The notes under the pieces are model-generated. The model searched no databases, was not told where the DNA came from, and saw only the letters and a list, made by a program, of their open reading frames with translations. A program made the position numbers and the translations under genes. Of a DNA stretch of 64,000 nt, positions 1-13,790 are shown one piece after another; position 1 is the stretch's first letter; each line of letters opens with the position of its first letter. The stretch spans positions 70,744,001 to 70,808,000 of the forward strand of contig CM052817.1 of NCBI GenBank assembly GCA_028534125.1, read 5' to 3'. Source of the DNA: Lama glama. Taxonomy: Eukaryota.

Positions 1-291
1 TTACCTTAAGGACAGTGAGGAACAGCCATTTTTTTGTGTAACTATCAAAAGATGTCAAACCCAGAGTTCCAATGACTATCACATTGGATTCTTACATGTT
101 TTATGTTCTTTAGACATCTCAAAGTCAAACTCCCTCCTATTTATTACTATTCTTTCACAACTGTACTAATAGATTTCATCTCTTAAATTTTATGACTATT
201 TCCTAAATATTTGCCTTCCTTCTCATCCTCATGAAAGTGTTCTCTTTTTAGCTTTCGTCTCTCACTTGATTTATTGAAATAAACTTCCTTA

Positions 292-515
292 AATTACTGA
301 GCTCTTCCTATATGCTATTCATTGTGCTAGAAGCATAATATATTTTACCTCATTTGATCCTCATGAAAGTTCTGAGCAGAGTAATAGTATTCACAGTGAA
401 CAGGTAAGGAAAAGTTCCAGAGAGGTTAAGTAACTTCCCAAGGTCACATGATGGGTAAGTGGTACAGCAGGGAGAACTCAAACCGTTTCATGTATGTTCC
501 ATATTTTTCCCAAGA
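292..515 (-). mobile_element. MIR SINE
   Basis: AGAGAGGTTAAGTAACTTCCCAAGGTCACA is the reverse complement of the MIR core. Confidence 0.85.
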
Positions 516-1649
516 CACCATCTTACTTTATTGAGCATCTCCTCTGTCTCATACGTACAAATTGATTATTACATCTGGGGGCCAAATAGGAAAAATGGAC
601 AGAGTCCTTCCAATCTACTATTTCATTACAGCTTAGCTTTCAATATTCTGTCACCCACCGGATTTTTTGCCTCATATCAAATAAATATATTCTGGATCAT
701 CTATTCAGGAAAAAAAAAATTGGGTAGATGTCTTCAGATTTGAAAGATAGAAACTAATTCCATTTGTTTTCATTTCTTACTGTTATAAAATTTAGTAAGC
801 ATTAGTGATGAACCCAAACAGATCTAACTACACCATGTTTTCAGGGGTGATATTTTAAACAAAATAATGTTTTTTCCTGAAGAAAAGAATCTCTCATGGA
901 ATACTGTTGGATGAGAAATACAATACAATCAGAGAAGGAAATTTATGAAAATGGTAGTATATAAAACAAGTCTTACACAGCCATTTCTAAAATAAAACTT
1001 TCTAAAGGAAACAAGCAGTTAAAAAATCTGATATTGTAATGAAAATTTAATAGGGTTTTCAAACAAAGACACATTCATCTTTTTCAGGACACTTTGAGAA
1101 ACAAATCCAAGTATTTGCCTAGGAAATCTAGTCTAGGAATTCTTGATATTGTTAACTCTAAAATAGTTATCCATTTGACTTATTGATAAACATTAGTTTG
1201 TTCAGTTACTGTTTCTAAAAGTCAAAAAATGTAATTGTAACAAGCTAAAAAGAAAGTCTAAAAAATGAAAAATAACTTCTAAAGACAAATATAACTATTT
1301 GGATTGCTCCATATATTTCAGACTGCTCCATTCCTTCTTTAGCTACATATTCAGTATGACCAAAACATAGCAACACCAAAATTTTCACACTAAAATAAAA
1401 TATTTTTATGCAGTACTTTTACACTAGTAGACAGATTTCTGTAGTAACCTCCCAGAAGGATTTAAAATAAGAGGACCAAAAAAGACTACTTTCATTTTCC
1501 CAGTTTTTCAAGTTGGTTTCCTTTCCATATTCTCTTCTCCCTCTTATCTATTCTTTTAAATTCAGCAATAGAAAAATGATTTAAATTGAAGGGGAAAAGA
1601 CATGTATTTTTTTAAGAGACAAGAACAACCCAGCTACCCATATTTCAAG

Positions 1650-1915
1650 AGTCATCTTAAGTGTCAGAAACTTTCCAAGCTTTTTCCTGAAGACCCTGCC
1701 CCCAAGTAGAACAGAGTTCCCTTGTTTCATGTCCTCCTGAAATCATGTACTTTGTCTTAGAGGCTACAACAGATTACTGCATTAATTTGTTTAATCTGTC
1801 TCCATTACAGGGCTAGAAGGTTCCTGAGGGCAAAAGACACATCTTATTCAGCTCTGATTCCTTGGTGCCTAGTACAGAGTCTGGAAGGGATTTAATTAAC
1901 TAACATTTGATGAAA
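1650..1915 (+). mobile_element. L2 3' end
   Basis: TTCCTGAGGGCAAAAGACACATCTTATTC...GTGCCTAGTACAGAGTCTGG resembles the L2 3' terminus. Confidence 0.7.
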
Positions 1916-2579
1916 AAAAAACCTATGTGAAAGTAAAAAAGGAATACAATATAGGTATGCCTTTTCCTAATTAAGGCCATAGTATTAATATTTTTCCTGA
2001 AAAGTTGAAATTTAAAAACCAAAACTGTAATGAAGTTACCTGCTTAAAATTATCCTCAAAAAGAAAAAAAAATCAGCAATATAAGGCAGAAAAATATATT
2101 TTCTACTGAAAACTCTCAAGCTATGATAATTCTTGGTGCCTCAGATGGCTGAAGCATGTTTATTTTCATATCACATACTTCTTCTCTCTAACACTACAGG
2201 GGAGTTCTAAACTGCTTTTTAAATTAAATTGAATTCCTTGAGAAATGATTCTGGAATGTTAGTATATAAGCAATGGTATACCAAGAACCACATACCAGGT
2301 TTTTATGCCCAGTCTCCAAGCCCATATTCCATTATGTCTTGTGGGCCCAGCATGATTTATTTATAATGCAATACCAATCTCTCACTTTGTATGTATCAGC
2401 AGTTTTCACATCTGAGAGCTACCTGGTTGATTATCAGAATGTTTTGTTTCACTTTGTCTTGTTTTCTGGGACATATTGCTTGATGCACCTCTGTCTTCTC
2501 AAACAGGAATCAATAATACTTAAAAATGTGCCTTATTCTTCCTTGCATTTTTATTTTTACCCTGATAATTCCAAAAAGA

Positions 2580-3512
2580 GCTCTCTCAATATTCACCTAT
2601 AACTTTCCAAACTCAATGTCCTGTTTCTTTTTTTAACCTTAGACATCACAGCAGCATTTTATATTTCTCCTTCTGGCCATCCTGGTTCTCATTCCATTCT
2701 TTCTGAACTCTGCTTCTCAGTCCTCTTTGATATCAGTGTGCCTATTCTCCACATTGCAGTCCTTGTCCCATTGCCTTCTCTGTCTTCTCTCTCATCCTCT
2801 GCATCCTGGGTTCCATCACCTCTACTTGACCCAGTCCTGCATTTCAAGTGCCAGCCTTGGGCCCCATACTAGATGCAAGCCTGCATTTGTAACTGTCTTA
2901 TATGTCTACCTAGATAACCTTCAAACTCCTCAAATGCAAATTTTCTGAAACAGAACTTATCTTCCCCTCAGATATACCCCGTGGATTTCATTTGTTAACA
3001 GCCATACTATACCCTCTTTCTCTCAGGTTCCAACCTTAGAAATGTTGGCTACTCTCTTTCTTTCTTGTCTATTCTGCAACATATCTTGCACCAATTCTTT
3101 CTTCTGATTCCGCTTACTTCACCTCAGTTTAAATCTTCAATTCCATCCACCTGGACAACTGTAAAATTCCAAGTGAACTCCTAGCTTCTTTCCCCTCTCC
3201 AAGATAATAAATATATTGCTCTTAAATTAATCTTCCTTAAGGACATCTCTGGTTATATATTTCTACTGCACCAAAGCCATCAAGGAATAGAATGCAAAAA
3301 CTTCAGCATTCAGGGTCCGCTGCAATGTTTATGATTTTCCAACTTTCTCGTCCTCTGTTCCCTTTGGGGTATTTGGCATTTCAGCAAAACCGACTTGCTA
3401 AAGTTTCTCTGTGCATGCTCCAAGTGAATGTGTACATCTTTGCACTGCCAACACCAAGAATGCTGTCTAGCACATAAAAATGCTCAATAAAAATTTGCTA
3501 AGAGAATACATG
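2580..3512 (+). mobile_element. Degenerate L2 LINE
   Basis: Pyrimidine-rich L2-like body (CAGCAGCATTTT..., TTCTCAGTCCTCTTTG) ending TAGCACATAAAAATGCTCAATAAAAATTTG. Confidence 0.65.
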
Positions 3513-4559
3513 AGAACACATAAGAGTCCCTTACCCTGAAAACATATCCAGTATATTTTATAAGGATGAGGTAGAAACTACTATAAACTTTACCAAATGT
3601 AGAGAGTAGAGTAAGCTAAAGGAGTAATGGGAGTGGAAGCTACTAAGGAAGCCCAGGAGGACCCTCCCTCTAAAGATATCATTAGCTGGAAAGCACGAGT
3701 TTTTCAGACTTAATGTAAAAGGGCAAATGGTAACTTGCCAAAGAAGCTCCCAGTACTACACAGTTTTTAGAAGAAATATAGTTCTTGCTGTTCTTTACTT
3801 ACTTGAAAACGGGTGTGACCTATCAGAGTCATTTGTCAAGGACTGAACAGTTGAAGCATAACAAATTTGAACCTTTCACTATGAATAATGCATAATTAAC
3901 ATACTACACAAAGGATGCTGAATGCTCAACTCAGAAACATTCTGGTACCGAAAGAAAAAAAAAAGAATCTTACTTGGTAAATTAAAACATATGTTGCATG
4001 TTTGACTCTCAACATTCATAGAACTGAAGGGATAGATGTCAATTTGTCTAATAATGATGATAAAGTTGAAAGAATTTTGAGGGGGGAGTTATCCTTTAAA
4101 TGACTATATTCCAGATAACCTCTCTCCTTTCTATACTTTGATAAAGGTTTTGTGATGAGATCTTTGTAATAGGATTTGAACCACAGAACACTGAAAATAT
4201 TAAAAAATAAATAGAGAATTTGTGTGGGCTCCTCTCTAATTGGTGATCTTGATTCTGTCTTTATAATAAATGAGGTCTTAATTGTCTATTAAGAGGGCAA
4301 TGTTATACCCTGCCCTATGCTTGACTGTTGGAATTATTTCTGGGTTATTAATTATTCATCATCTGCACCTGGCTATACAAATAAAATTCTTGTTAACTCT
4401 TCTCGGAAGAGTTCCCTCTTACTCACAGGAGCCTAGGAAAGCTGCTTTATCAAAAGATCAGGATTTCTTTACACAACTTAAATGAGAGAGTTGACCATCT
4501 CTTGAAAGTACCCAAAGAATAATCAAAATACCACAAATATGGAGAATCCAAACAAACAA

Positions 4560-5122
4560 TGCTTCAGCCAGGCGATTAAGGTCAATAACAGTCACAAATC
4601 ATGTAGATAATAAGTACCCTTGATACCATGTGAGGAAAATGGTACTTTACTTCTGTGATCGTCCTCCTCCAAATCCATAACCCTAGTCCAGTCATGAAAA
4701 ACCTCTGAAAAACCCCAACTGAAGGACATTCTACAAAATACCTGATCAGTAAGTAATCCTCAAAACAGTCAAAGGTTATCAAAAACAAAGAAAGTCTGAG
4801 AAAGTTGAAAGGATTCCACAGTTGAAAGGACTCTAAAGAGATACAATGACTAAATGTGACAGGGTATCACAGATGAGATCCTGGAACAAGAAAAAGACAT
4901 TAGCTAAAAACTAAGGAAATGTAAGCAACGTATGGACTTCAGTTCACATTGCTGTATCAATACTGATCATTAATTGTAACAAACGTACCATGCTAATATA
5001 AGATGTTAATAATAGAGGAAACTTGTGAAGCGTGGTTGGGGTATATAGAAACTCTCTGTACTCAGTTGTTCTGTAAATATCTAAAACCACTCTGAAAAAT
5101 AAGCTTATTAATTAAATAAAAA
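4560..5122 (+). mobile_element. L1MC-type LINE-1 3' end
   Basis: GGACATTCTACAAAATACCTGA...CTCAAAACAGTCAAAGGTTATCAAAAACAAAGAAAGTCTGAG...GAAACTCTCTGTACT, typical of the L1MC 3'UTR, with an A-rich end. Confidence 0.85.
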
Positions 5123-7944
5123 TACTACAAAGAAGTTCTCTGATAGGGTCTCTGGCGCAGGGGGCTGTATATATGGTTCAGCTGGGCATGGTGGTGGGAA
5201 GGAAGGACAAGAAAAGAGTCTGACAGACAGTGGATAACAGGACACCTGCTGCCACCTAGCTGGTGTGGAATTCCTCCTATTCAGAATGCGTGTGAGTATA
5301 ATGAGGGCTGAATATGGACTTGACTATCAACCACCCAGAGGGTGGGCAAAATGTTCCAAGAAGCTAGGGGAATCACAACACTGGAGTAATCCAAGAGCCA
5401 TGGCTGAATCCCAGCCTTCAATAATGCTACTGTTAGTATTCATGCTACCGCACTTTTTTTTCTTTTATTTTAGTGAAAACAAAAACCAAAAACCAAAAGT
5501 CTCTTTGAGGAAAACAGCATATACCGGATGATTAAGGTCAATATCAACAGTCAGAAATCATGTAGATAGTAAGTACCTTAGCATCCTTAGGTTTCATAAC
5601 ACCCTGTGACTGGGCAGAGCAAATAAAGGGTCTGCCCCTAAACATAAATATAACCACATTACCTATCCCCCAACCCCTCCCTCCTAACACCAAAATGCCT
5701 AAATTATGCCCTGAAGTGTAACAGCCTTCTCCGAAGTGATCCATGTACTACCCTTGCCTGAAAGATAGAAGAGGACTGGGACTCATGCACACACTAGGGG
5801 AGAGATTCATTTACCATGTGCAAGGCCCCTGTTTCACATATGGTGACTTTCCGTTCTTTTTGACCACTCCAGGTTTAAGATTATTTAATACATTACGGAC
5901 TGTGCCCATTGCTACACTTCTAGGAAAGTATGCTACTTTTATTCTGCCTTCTTTATTTTAAAAAGCTCTGTTATTAAATACAGGCTTTGAAGTACATACA
6001 TTAGGATTTATATTCCTCAAAAATTTATTGCTTTCTGCATATTATGTCTTACCTGTGTTTTTTCTTGAATAATTAGAATTCCCCAAATAGTTAAATATTG
6101 GGTCAAATAGCTGCAGTGCACTGAGATACACATTGTTCTCTGATTATTATTTAAGCTTCATTTCATACACTATTCATATCCTTATATTTAAAAAAAAAAA
6201 CACACAACTTGACTGGCATCCAAAAAGTTAGTACAAGAGTTATTTAATACTCTGAAGTTTCTGGGGGTAATGAGTAGACTCTAAGTTTCTTTTTTCTTAA
6301 TTGAAAATACATTTTTACAAGAAACTTATTAAAATTTGAAATAGGATTAAAAAATACTCGACATGCATGGAAAGGCATAGTTTATGCTGCTTATCTTAGT
6401 ATTAGATAAATGTTTTGTAAGTCTTAATCTTTTAATTTTGTCTGATACTTGAGAATGATAGTTAACACAGTTGAGGGTCTGTCTCAGTTGAGTTTAATTT
6501 CTGAAGAGTATCTTATACAGTGCTCTACATAGGTGTTCACCAAAACACTATTCTACAGATACAAAGAGAAGATGATGTATAAACTAGAGAAGATGCCCTT
6601 AAAAGAAAACTTTAGATTTTAATCATAAAAACACCTATTAAAAGGCATTTGGGGACAATGAGGTATATCATGCAATTTAGATAAAGTATCACAGGTATTT
6701 TATGTAATCCATAATTATCAAGGTTAGTGCTAATATCTGTGACTTTGTTTTCTAGGTTTTGTAACTTCATTATTCTCTAAGTTTCAAAAATAAGCAACAG
6801 GTATGCATTGTTAAAGACATTTTTTTCCCCAATCTCCCTACGTAAAAGGTTAAGATGAAGGTCCCAAATGAGGGTTAAATGTAAACAAAAGTAAACTAAA
6901 AAATCTTTCATCTTCTCAGCTTCATGAGTCTACATTTCTAATATCATTAGATGACAAAAAATAATTCTGAATGTGATAAAAATTGGAATAGTTATGGCTT
7001 CACAATGAGAGTCAAGCATTAAGGCACAATTTAAGGTTCCAATGCCAACTGTGGCCAAACAAAGTCAAAATCAGCTGTTTTGAGATCTTAACCACATATA
7101 AGTGCACAAACCAGTTCAAGTTTTAAAAGTCCACATGAAACCATAAATTCTTAAAACTTGCTAGTAGTCAGAGGACTGGGTTGTTTTCAATCCATAAATA
7201 TAAGAAAATTCCTAGCCTGCTAATAAATATTTCACCATGAAGATGATTCATAATGAAGAAATTATTAAACAAGATCAAAGTTTACTTTCCCAATTTTATT
7301 GATCCAAAAATACAGCATTCAAACTGCATAAGTGAGAAAACCTTGCATTGTCAGATTTTATGGGGAGGATCAAGATGAAAGACATTTTACATTGGTAAAT
7401 GATTTTGTCATTTCATGAAAATGCTGCTACTTTTAGTAAATTTTGTAATAGCTCATATTTATTGTCCGTAATATTCCAGGTACTTTGCTAAGTTTCATAT
7501 TCATTATCTACAGAAATCACAAAATGTATGCCAGTTCAGTCTCCCCTACCCTCTAGAAACGGAAATAATAATGAATCCAAAGATAAGAAAGCATTAAGGT
7601 ACATTTGAAGAGAACTACTCAATTTTTAAAGTACCTCATTTTAACTTTGCCATAATCCCACAAATGAGGACAGACCAAGTATCTTTTCCCCATGCTAAGG
7701 ATGAGTAAATACCTCTTGATAGATGAATTCCTCACTAGATCTTGAGGGCAGATCCAAGACTAGAATCCAGTTCTTTTTTAATCTAAATTGCATTAAGATG
7801 TGAAAATTAAATCTACTATAAAAACAATAGTGACCATCAACAGGTTGTTTTGTTTTGTTTTGTTTTAGTTCTCAGGATATTCAAGGAATAGATTTGAGAT
7901 GTTTGTTCTTTCAGTGAACCCACTGGGTACCGCCATCATCACAA

Positions 7945-8066
7945 GCATCAGACTGTATTAAAGTGGCTGGTTTACTGTCTGCCTCCCCTGTAAATCTGTA
8001 AACTTCTGGGAAGCAGGGACCTTGTTCCATTCAACTTCTGGGAAGCAGGGACCTTGTTGCATTCAG
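7945..8066 (+). mobile_element. L2 3' fragment containing a 32-bp tandem duplication
   Basis: TGTCTGCCTCCCCTGTAAATCTGTAAACTTCTGGGAAGCAGGGACCTTGT is L2 3'-end-like; unit 8001-8032 repeats at 8033-8064. Confidence 0.7.
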
Positions 8067-9751
8067 CTTGGCCTCATGAAACTCAACAATTCTTTACCAA
8101 TAGAAAGTTTCAGAGAGGACTGAAAAGGGAGCTGTGCCTGGCACCTGAAGAAGACGGCTGGACAGGCACAGTGGGAGACTCGGCAGCAGTAGTTCAAGGA
8201 AATCTTAAACCAAAGAAGACCCGAATTACTTCCCAGGAAAATCTGACAGACCAATCAAATTGGAGACATAAGCTAAAAAAGTTACAAATAAAGAGTCATT
8301 CTATCATCCTGGCAGGAAGACTAGATCATTACTAAGAGAGAAAGGAAAATCAGACTGACCTCACCCTTCTCCATGACAAAACTCAGTAATAAGAGATAAT
8401 GGAGTCATGCCTACAAAAACCCAGGAAAGAAATGTTCTTTCAGTGAAACAACTTCAACCCATTTAGGACGGGTCAGTTTTATTTCTGATCTTCAGTTGCT
8501 TCCTTACTTCACAGGATGTAAGGAAGGTACATGGCAGCACCTCTTTTTAATAAATACTTGCCTCTTTTCCTTTCTATGAAGTGAAGAATTCAAAAGCACT
8601 AGGAAGTAATTTCTCACATATAGTTGTACTGATTTTATTTACTCTGTTCTTTCATAAAAAAATGCAAAGATAAACTTCACCTCATTAAATGAATGATCAT
8701 GCACAGTGAGGTCAGATCTACTAGAGGCATTTAGTGCAGTTACATCTACCATGCGACTTATTTGAATATATTTTAGAACAATAATTGCTAAATAGGTAAT
8801 TTTTCCCAAAGATTCAATTGAACTGACAAAAATATGAAGCACTAAGTTTGAGTTTACAAAATTTTCTGCACAAAATTTGAGTTTATAAAATTCATTACAT
8901 ATAAATGTAAAACACTTCTATTTCAGAATCAAATGAAGTTATTCTTTAAGCAAATTTCTTTTTCTCTAAATAGAGTTTAAGTTCAAATTAGTACAGACGA
9001 ACTACAAAAAAATATAAGGAGCTGATAATTTTATATAATTCCTTTTCTAACAAGCCTTTGATATTTTTATCCATGAAAGCTTAATCTGAGTCTTTATCTT
9101 CTACTATTTCCTTGTTAACAAGTTTTCTTTATTTTTCTTCTACATTCTATCCTCACATAATAATTTTTTTCCCTTTGGTAAATGACTTTGCATCTTAATT
9201 AAACACAGAGGAAGGCATCTATCATCAGTCATTTCATTACATTTATCAAAAATTCAAGAAGCTGTTAGGAAACCCTGAAAGTGTTTTCAGAAAGAAATTT
9301 AAAAATATACAGTTCTAGAATTTATAGCAACCAGAACTAAACAAACTGCTTGCAAGTGCCGAAATGTAGTTATGTCTAAATGTCTGATGAAAGATAATAT
9401 AAGTAAGCACTATTTTTTAAAAAACAAAATCCTTTTTACTCCTTATGTTTCATATGCTTACTCTTAGTCAGAAGGCCAAGTAGAATTTGTCAGTTTTAAA
9501 TTCCACTTGAAAGCTTACTTTCCGAATTAACACCATTGAGAATGACAGTGAGTCGTATGACATGATGTAACAGCAAAGGAAACTCTTCTGGACTCAGCCT
9601 TAGTGATGGACATCTTTAAAGGATTAATACACATCACCAAAGTTAAATGAAGGTTGCTAATATTTACAGCTTGGACTGAACAGAGTTTTGTTGTTGTTGT
9701 TGTTGTTTCATGAAATGGCCTGAGGAAAGTCCTCTCTTCAGTGAAGCCTAC

Positions 9752-9809
<58 letters not shown>

Positions 9810-9822
9810 TGTGTGTGTGTGT
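9752..9822. repeat. Compound microsatellite (AT)n(GA)n(GT)n
   Basis: Directly visible. Confidence 0.98.
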
Positions 9823-11020
9823 ACAGGAACAGAAAGAATCTAAATGTGTCAAGTTTTTTCCATTTTTTCCCCCACTATAAAGGGCAAAATACAAATTTGG
9901 CAACATCCCCTGAAAGACAAAGAATTATATAAAAAGGAAGCTGGTAAAAGCATTTTTTTTTTAATGTTTCAGGATAAAGTCGAACACTCAGCCTGGCTTC
10001 TAATATTCTGGCTCACAGTCTCAATTTCTACTTTGTTTGCTTTGATTCTCCTTCCTGTAACCTCTTAAATACAGTTCAATTCATTTCCCTCTTCCTCTAA
10101 AAGGTGTTTTTGCTCCTGAATACTCTCTCTTCTTTTGGTCCCTCCAAATCCCATCACTCTTTAAGATGCAAATTAAACTTATGTCATCAAGGAGGTCTTC
10201 CTCAGTGCAAAGTACTTTTTCTGCACTCATAAACTCTACAGTAATGTCTATACAATTATCACGCACTTCTTTCTGAGGTGTCCTATATTGTTGCTGATAA
10301 ATTATTTTAATCCCAATTGTTTTTGCTTGTGTATGTGAGTCCATCCTGTACTTTAATACATATCCACAACACTTAACACAGAGTTCACAATATAGTGCTC
10401 AAGAGCATATATCACTTCCTGAGAGCTCTTTCAGAAGTCAGCCAAAGCATTTCCAGGACAATTCTTGCCTTTCCTGCATAATGGCTCATATGTCTGACTA
10501 ATAACTCTCTGGGTGAAAAAAAGCCCTGTGCAATACTGTCGTCCTTAACACTAGACTCACAGGGAATCCATTTTAACCTGAAATAGGCCAGGACACATCA
10601 CCACTTATTTTGAAGAGTCTGGCTGCTCTGCGTGAACACACAAGTGCAGGAGTAAGTTTTCCAAGATTCATTGAGATGTGAGCCTGAGCTGTATAACTCA
10701 GATTAGAACCAAGCTGAAGGAGCTGCAGACTCTTAAAACATTTATGACATGTTGGTCAGGAGCAATGGATGACAGCCCAAAGAAACAGTAATGTGATACT
10801 GAGCTTTTCACCTTGAGGTGACTGGTTAAAACTCAGCTTGGGATCACGAAAAATTTATAGCACTCTAATGCAATAAAGAAAGCTATTTGTGACCCAGGGA
10901 AAGTGACCATAAGACAAGGGCTACTACCACTGGTCCACAGTGAGATCTGAGACAAAGGCACACAGCCTGAAAAGAAGTTAAAACATACATATGCACATAT
11001 GCTTACACACACATACCACA

Positions 11021-11021
<1 letters not shown>

Positions 11022-11063
<42 letters not shown>
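11022..11063. repeat. (CA)21 microsatellite
   Basis: Directly visible. Confidence 0.98.
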
Positions 11064-11065
<2 letters not shown>

Positions 11066-11344
11066 GGAATAAATATTGCTTTCAGCAAAGAATAGACTCT
11101 TTGGGAAAATGAAGATTTATTCCCTTACCCTCTTACTCTTTTAGAAGCTACCTTGAATTTTAAAGTATTAAATGATGGGTAAGATGGAACTGCTAAAACT
11201 TGTTCCCCTTACTGTCAATTAAAAACTTAGATAAGAATTTGATAACTGCATAGGTAAATAACGATATTTATGAGAGTATTCTAATTCTTCCTATATTCAT
11301 AGCATTTTTATTAATTCCCAAGATTTCTTGGAGGTACCTAAGTT

Positions 11345-11560
11345 GTATGAAAAAGAGTATACAACTTGGTATGAGGAGATTTAGTTCGAGTCTCCACCCA
11401 ACTGAGGTTAGATGACCTTGAGCATCTCACTCAATCTGTATGAGCCCCAGACTGCTTATTTATAGAAGGAGATGACAATAAACTATGATCACAGGAGGTC
11501 AGAAAGTTGAAGGTTAAATGAAATATTGTTAGAAAAAAAAATTGTTAACACTAACAACTA
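11345..11560 (+). mobile_element. MIR SINE (degenerate)
   Basis: GATGACCTTGAGCATCTCACTCAATCTGTATGAGCCCCAG...TTTATAGAAGGAG resembles the MIR core. Confidence 0.65.
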
Positions 11561-12274
11561 CTTTACAAATTAATCTGAAATCACAGTCACTTTTTTATCC
11601 TCACTGGGGAAAGTTACACTGAATGCTGGTCAAATTTCCTACTCTGGGCCTGAATAAAAGAAGAAACATTAGACTTGAGTGATTTTCCAAGCACTCGAAT
11701 GCAGAACTTGAATGATAGATTAAAAGGGAACTATCAAGCATGACTTTAATAATGCTTTGAAAAAGATAAACTGAAGTTAAAAATTATATCCCCGTACCCC
11801 TCACCAAGACAAGATAGAGTTTCCAACCCTTTCGTGGATTACAACTAAAAAGTCCTCTGACATACTGACTAATTTAATCCTTCCTCTTAAAAGATACACA
11901 CAGTCAAACATATACATACACAAACACACAGCTGTCTTCTAAGGACCACATTTGAAGAAAAATTTCCAGAACTAATGACAATTCTGTAAAATTATGTCTG
12001 AGACAAAGCATATCAGGACCAAAACTTTTAATAGCATATTTTTGCATCAATTACTCATGTAATCTAGATGATAATATTTTGATTACTTCAAAGTTATTAT
12101 CAAAAGACTTTAGCTTTTTCTAAATCCAGAGGAACTCTTAACTGATTTCTTTCAGTGTATCTCACTGCAAAAATGTTTTTAACTTCAGAAACTTTAGTTG
12201 GAAGACGTCCATAACAAATCAAAGGAGGCATAATTTTAATTTTTTTTAATATTTTTTTAATATTATATGTCTAG

Positions 12275-12384
12275 TCAAATTTAGCACACTGCCTAGAAGT
12301 GCCTCAATAAATATTGAATAAATGAAACAATAAATGAATGAAACAATGAATGAATGAATGAATAAATGAACGAACGAATAATGA
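12275..12384 (+). mobile_element. L2 3' tip with expanded (ATGA)n tail
   Basis: TTTAGCACACTGCCT...CTCAATAAATATTGAATAAATGA...(ATGA)n. Confidence 0.75.
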
Positions 12385-13790
12385 CTAAAGTTTGTCTTCC
12401 AGAGTTTTGAAAATCTTTCTACTTATGTATAATACCCTTCCAGTGGGGGACAGTGAGCTCTTACTTTCTCCATTGACAGTTGCATAAAAATACAAAGGAA
12501 ATCCATCCAAACCACAGGCACATGTTGGATAAGAGATAATATCTAAGGCTGACTAGTCAAACAAGTCCTCATTCAGATTTTGCCAGAAGAACTGAGGTTT
12601 CACAAAGTAAACTCTTGAATTTAATTTTCCTCATTTCCATTACATTTGCTTGGCACAGACACTGAACTCCATCAAAAGAGAACCATTAAATACATCACCA
12701 TAATCCTCTTGAACATTCAAGCTCACTTTGTGCCATGATTTTTTTTATTCTTTCCTTCCTTTAAAAAAAAAGTTTTAAAAATGATTCCTTAAAAATAATG
12801 TGTCTTTATATTTACTAAGTTAGTAATCTTCAATTCTTTTACTTGTCACTGCAACTTTCTTTTGGACTTAGCGTGATTCATATGCATACCTAGTACTTGA
12901 CATAAGGTTCTTATGTTTGGTAGTTGACTGTCAACTTAATCATATCATTTATATCACACCGCATTAAGATACTACATTTTGGCAATACACTTCATGCCAC
13001 ATGTCTGAAAACTTTAGGATTTTAGACATTCATCAGTGGAAATGTGGATTGTTGATGATTAGTTTGCAAATCCTCCTCTGAAAGTCAAAATAAGCCTTCC
13101 TTTAAGTCATCTGATGAGTTTCAAAGACTACATTTGAAAACAGGTTTTTCAAAAACTACAGAAGTTAAAGCAGAGACTTCTAACAATTACACAAGAACAA
13201 ATCAGCTTAAAAACATGCTAATCATGCACTTGAATCATTGGCCCATATTTCTCATCTAATTTTTTCAGGTTTTTAAAGGAATATCATTCACTTCATTCTA
13301 TTCCCATATAGTCAACCAGCACCATTCATGGTTGATGTGGCAAAACATTATTCCAAATAAAATTGTTTTTAGCTTGAATATTTTTTGTAGTACACTGGAA
13401 ATTTCAAGCACATGAAACAAAAAGAATTACTCAACTATGCAAAGTGATTTATTAAAATTTCTGATATTCCTCAAATCTTAATTCTTTAAATGATAATTAA
13501 TAGACATACTATCATTAAACTGATTCTAACTCAGTGAATCATTAAATCAGAATCAGTAAATCATTATACTGATGCTAATCACTCAGCTAAGTGACTCTAG
13601 TGCACCAGGAATCCATTCCATTTTATGGTCAGAACACCAAATACACACTTTCTAAAGGCTCAACTTCCATTAGACAAAATAAGTAAATAATGTATTTTTC
13701 TTCTAAAAATATGCTAGTGGGTTTTTTTTTAACCTAGGAAGAGTAAAAATTTGGTGCTCAGATATGTTTTGAGGAAAAAAGGAAACTCAC

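Noticed and set aside
5..41. 37-nt minus-strand exon candidate at the window edge
   Set aside because: Donor is cut off by the window boundary and the acceptor is modest; cannot be supported
6053..6120. Minus-strand exon with donor CAG|GTAAGA
   Set aside because: Acceptor lacks a polypyrimidine tract; peptides unrecognised
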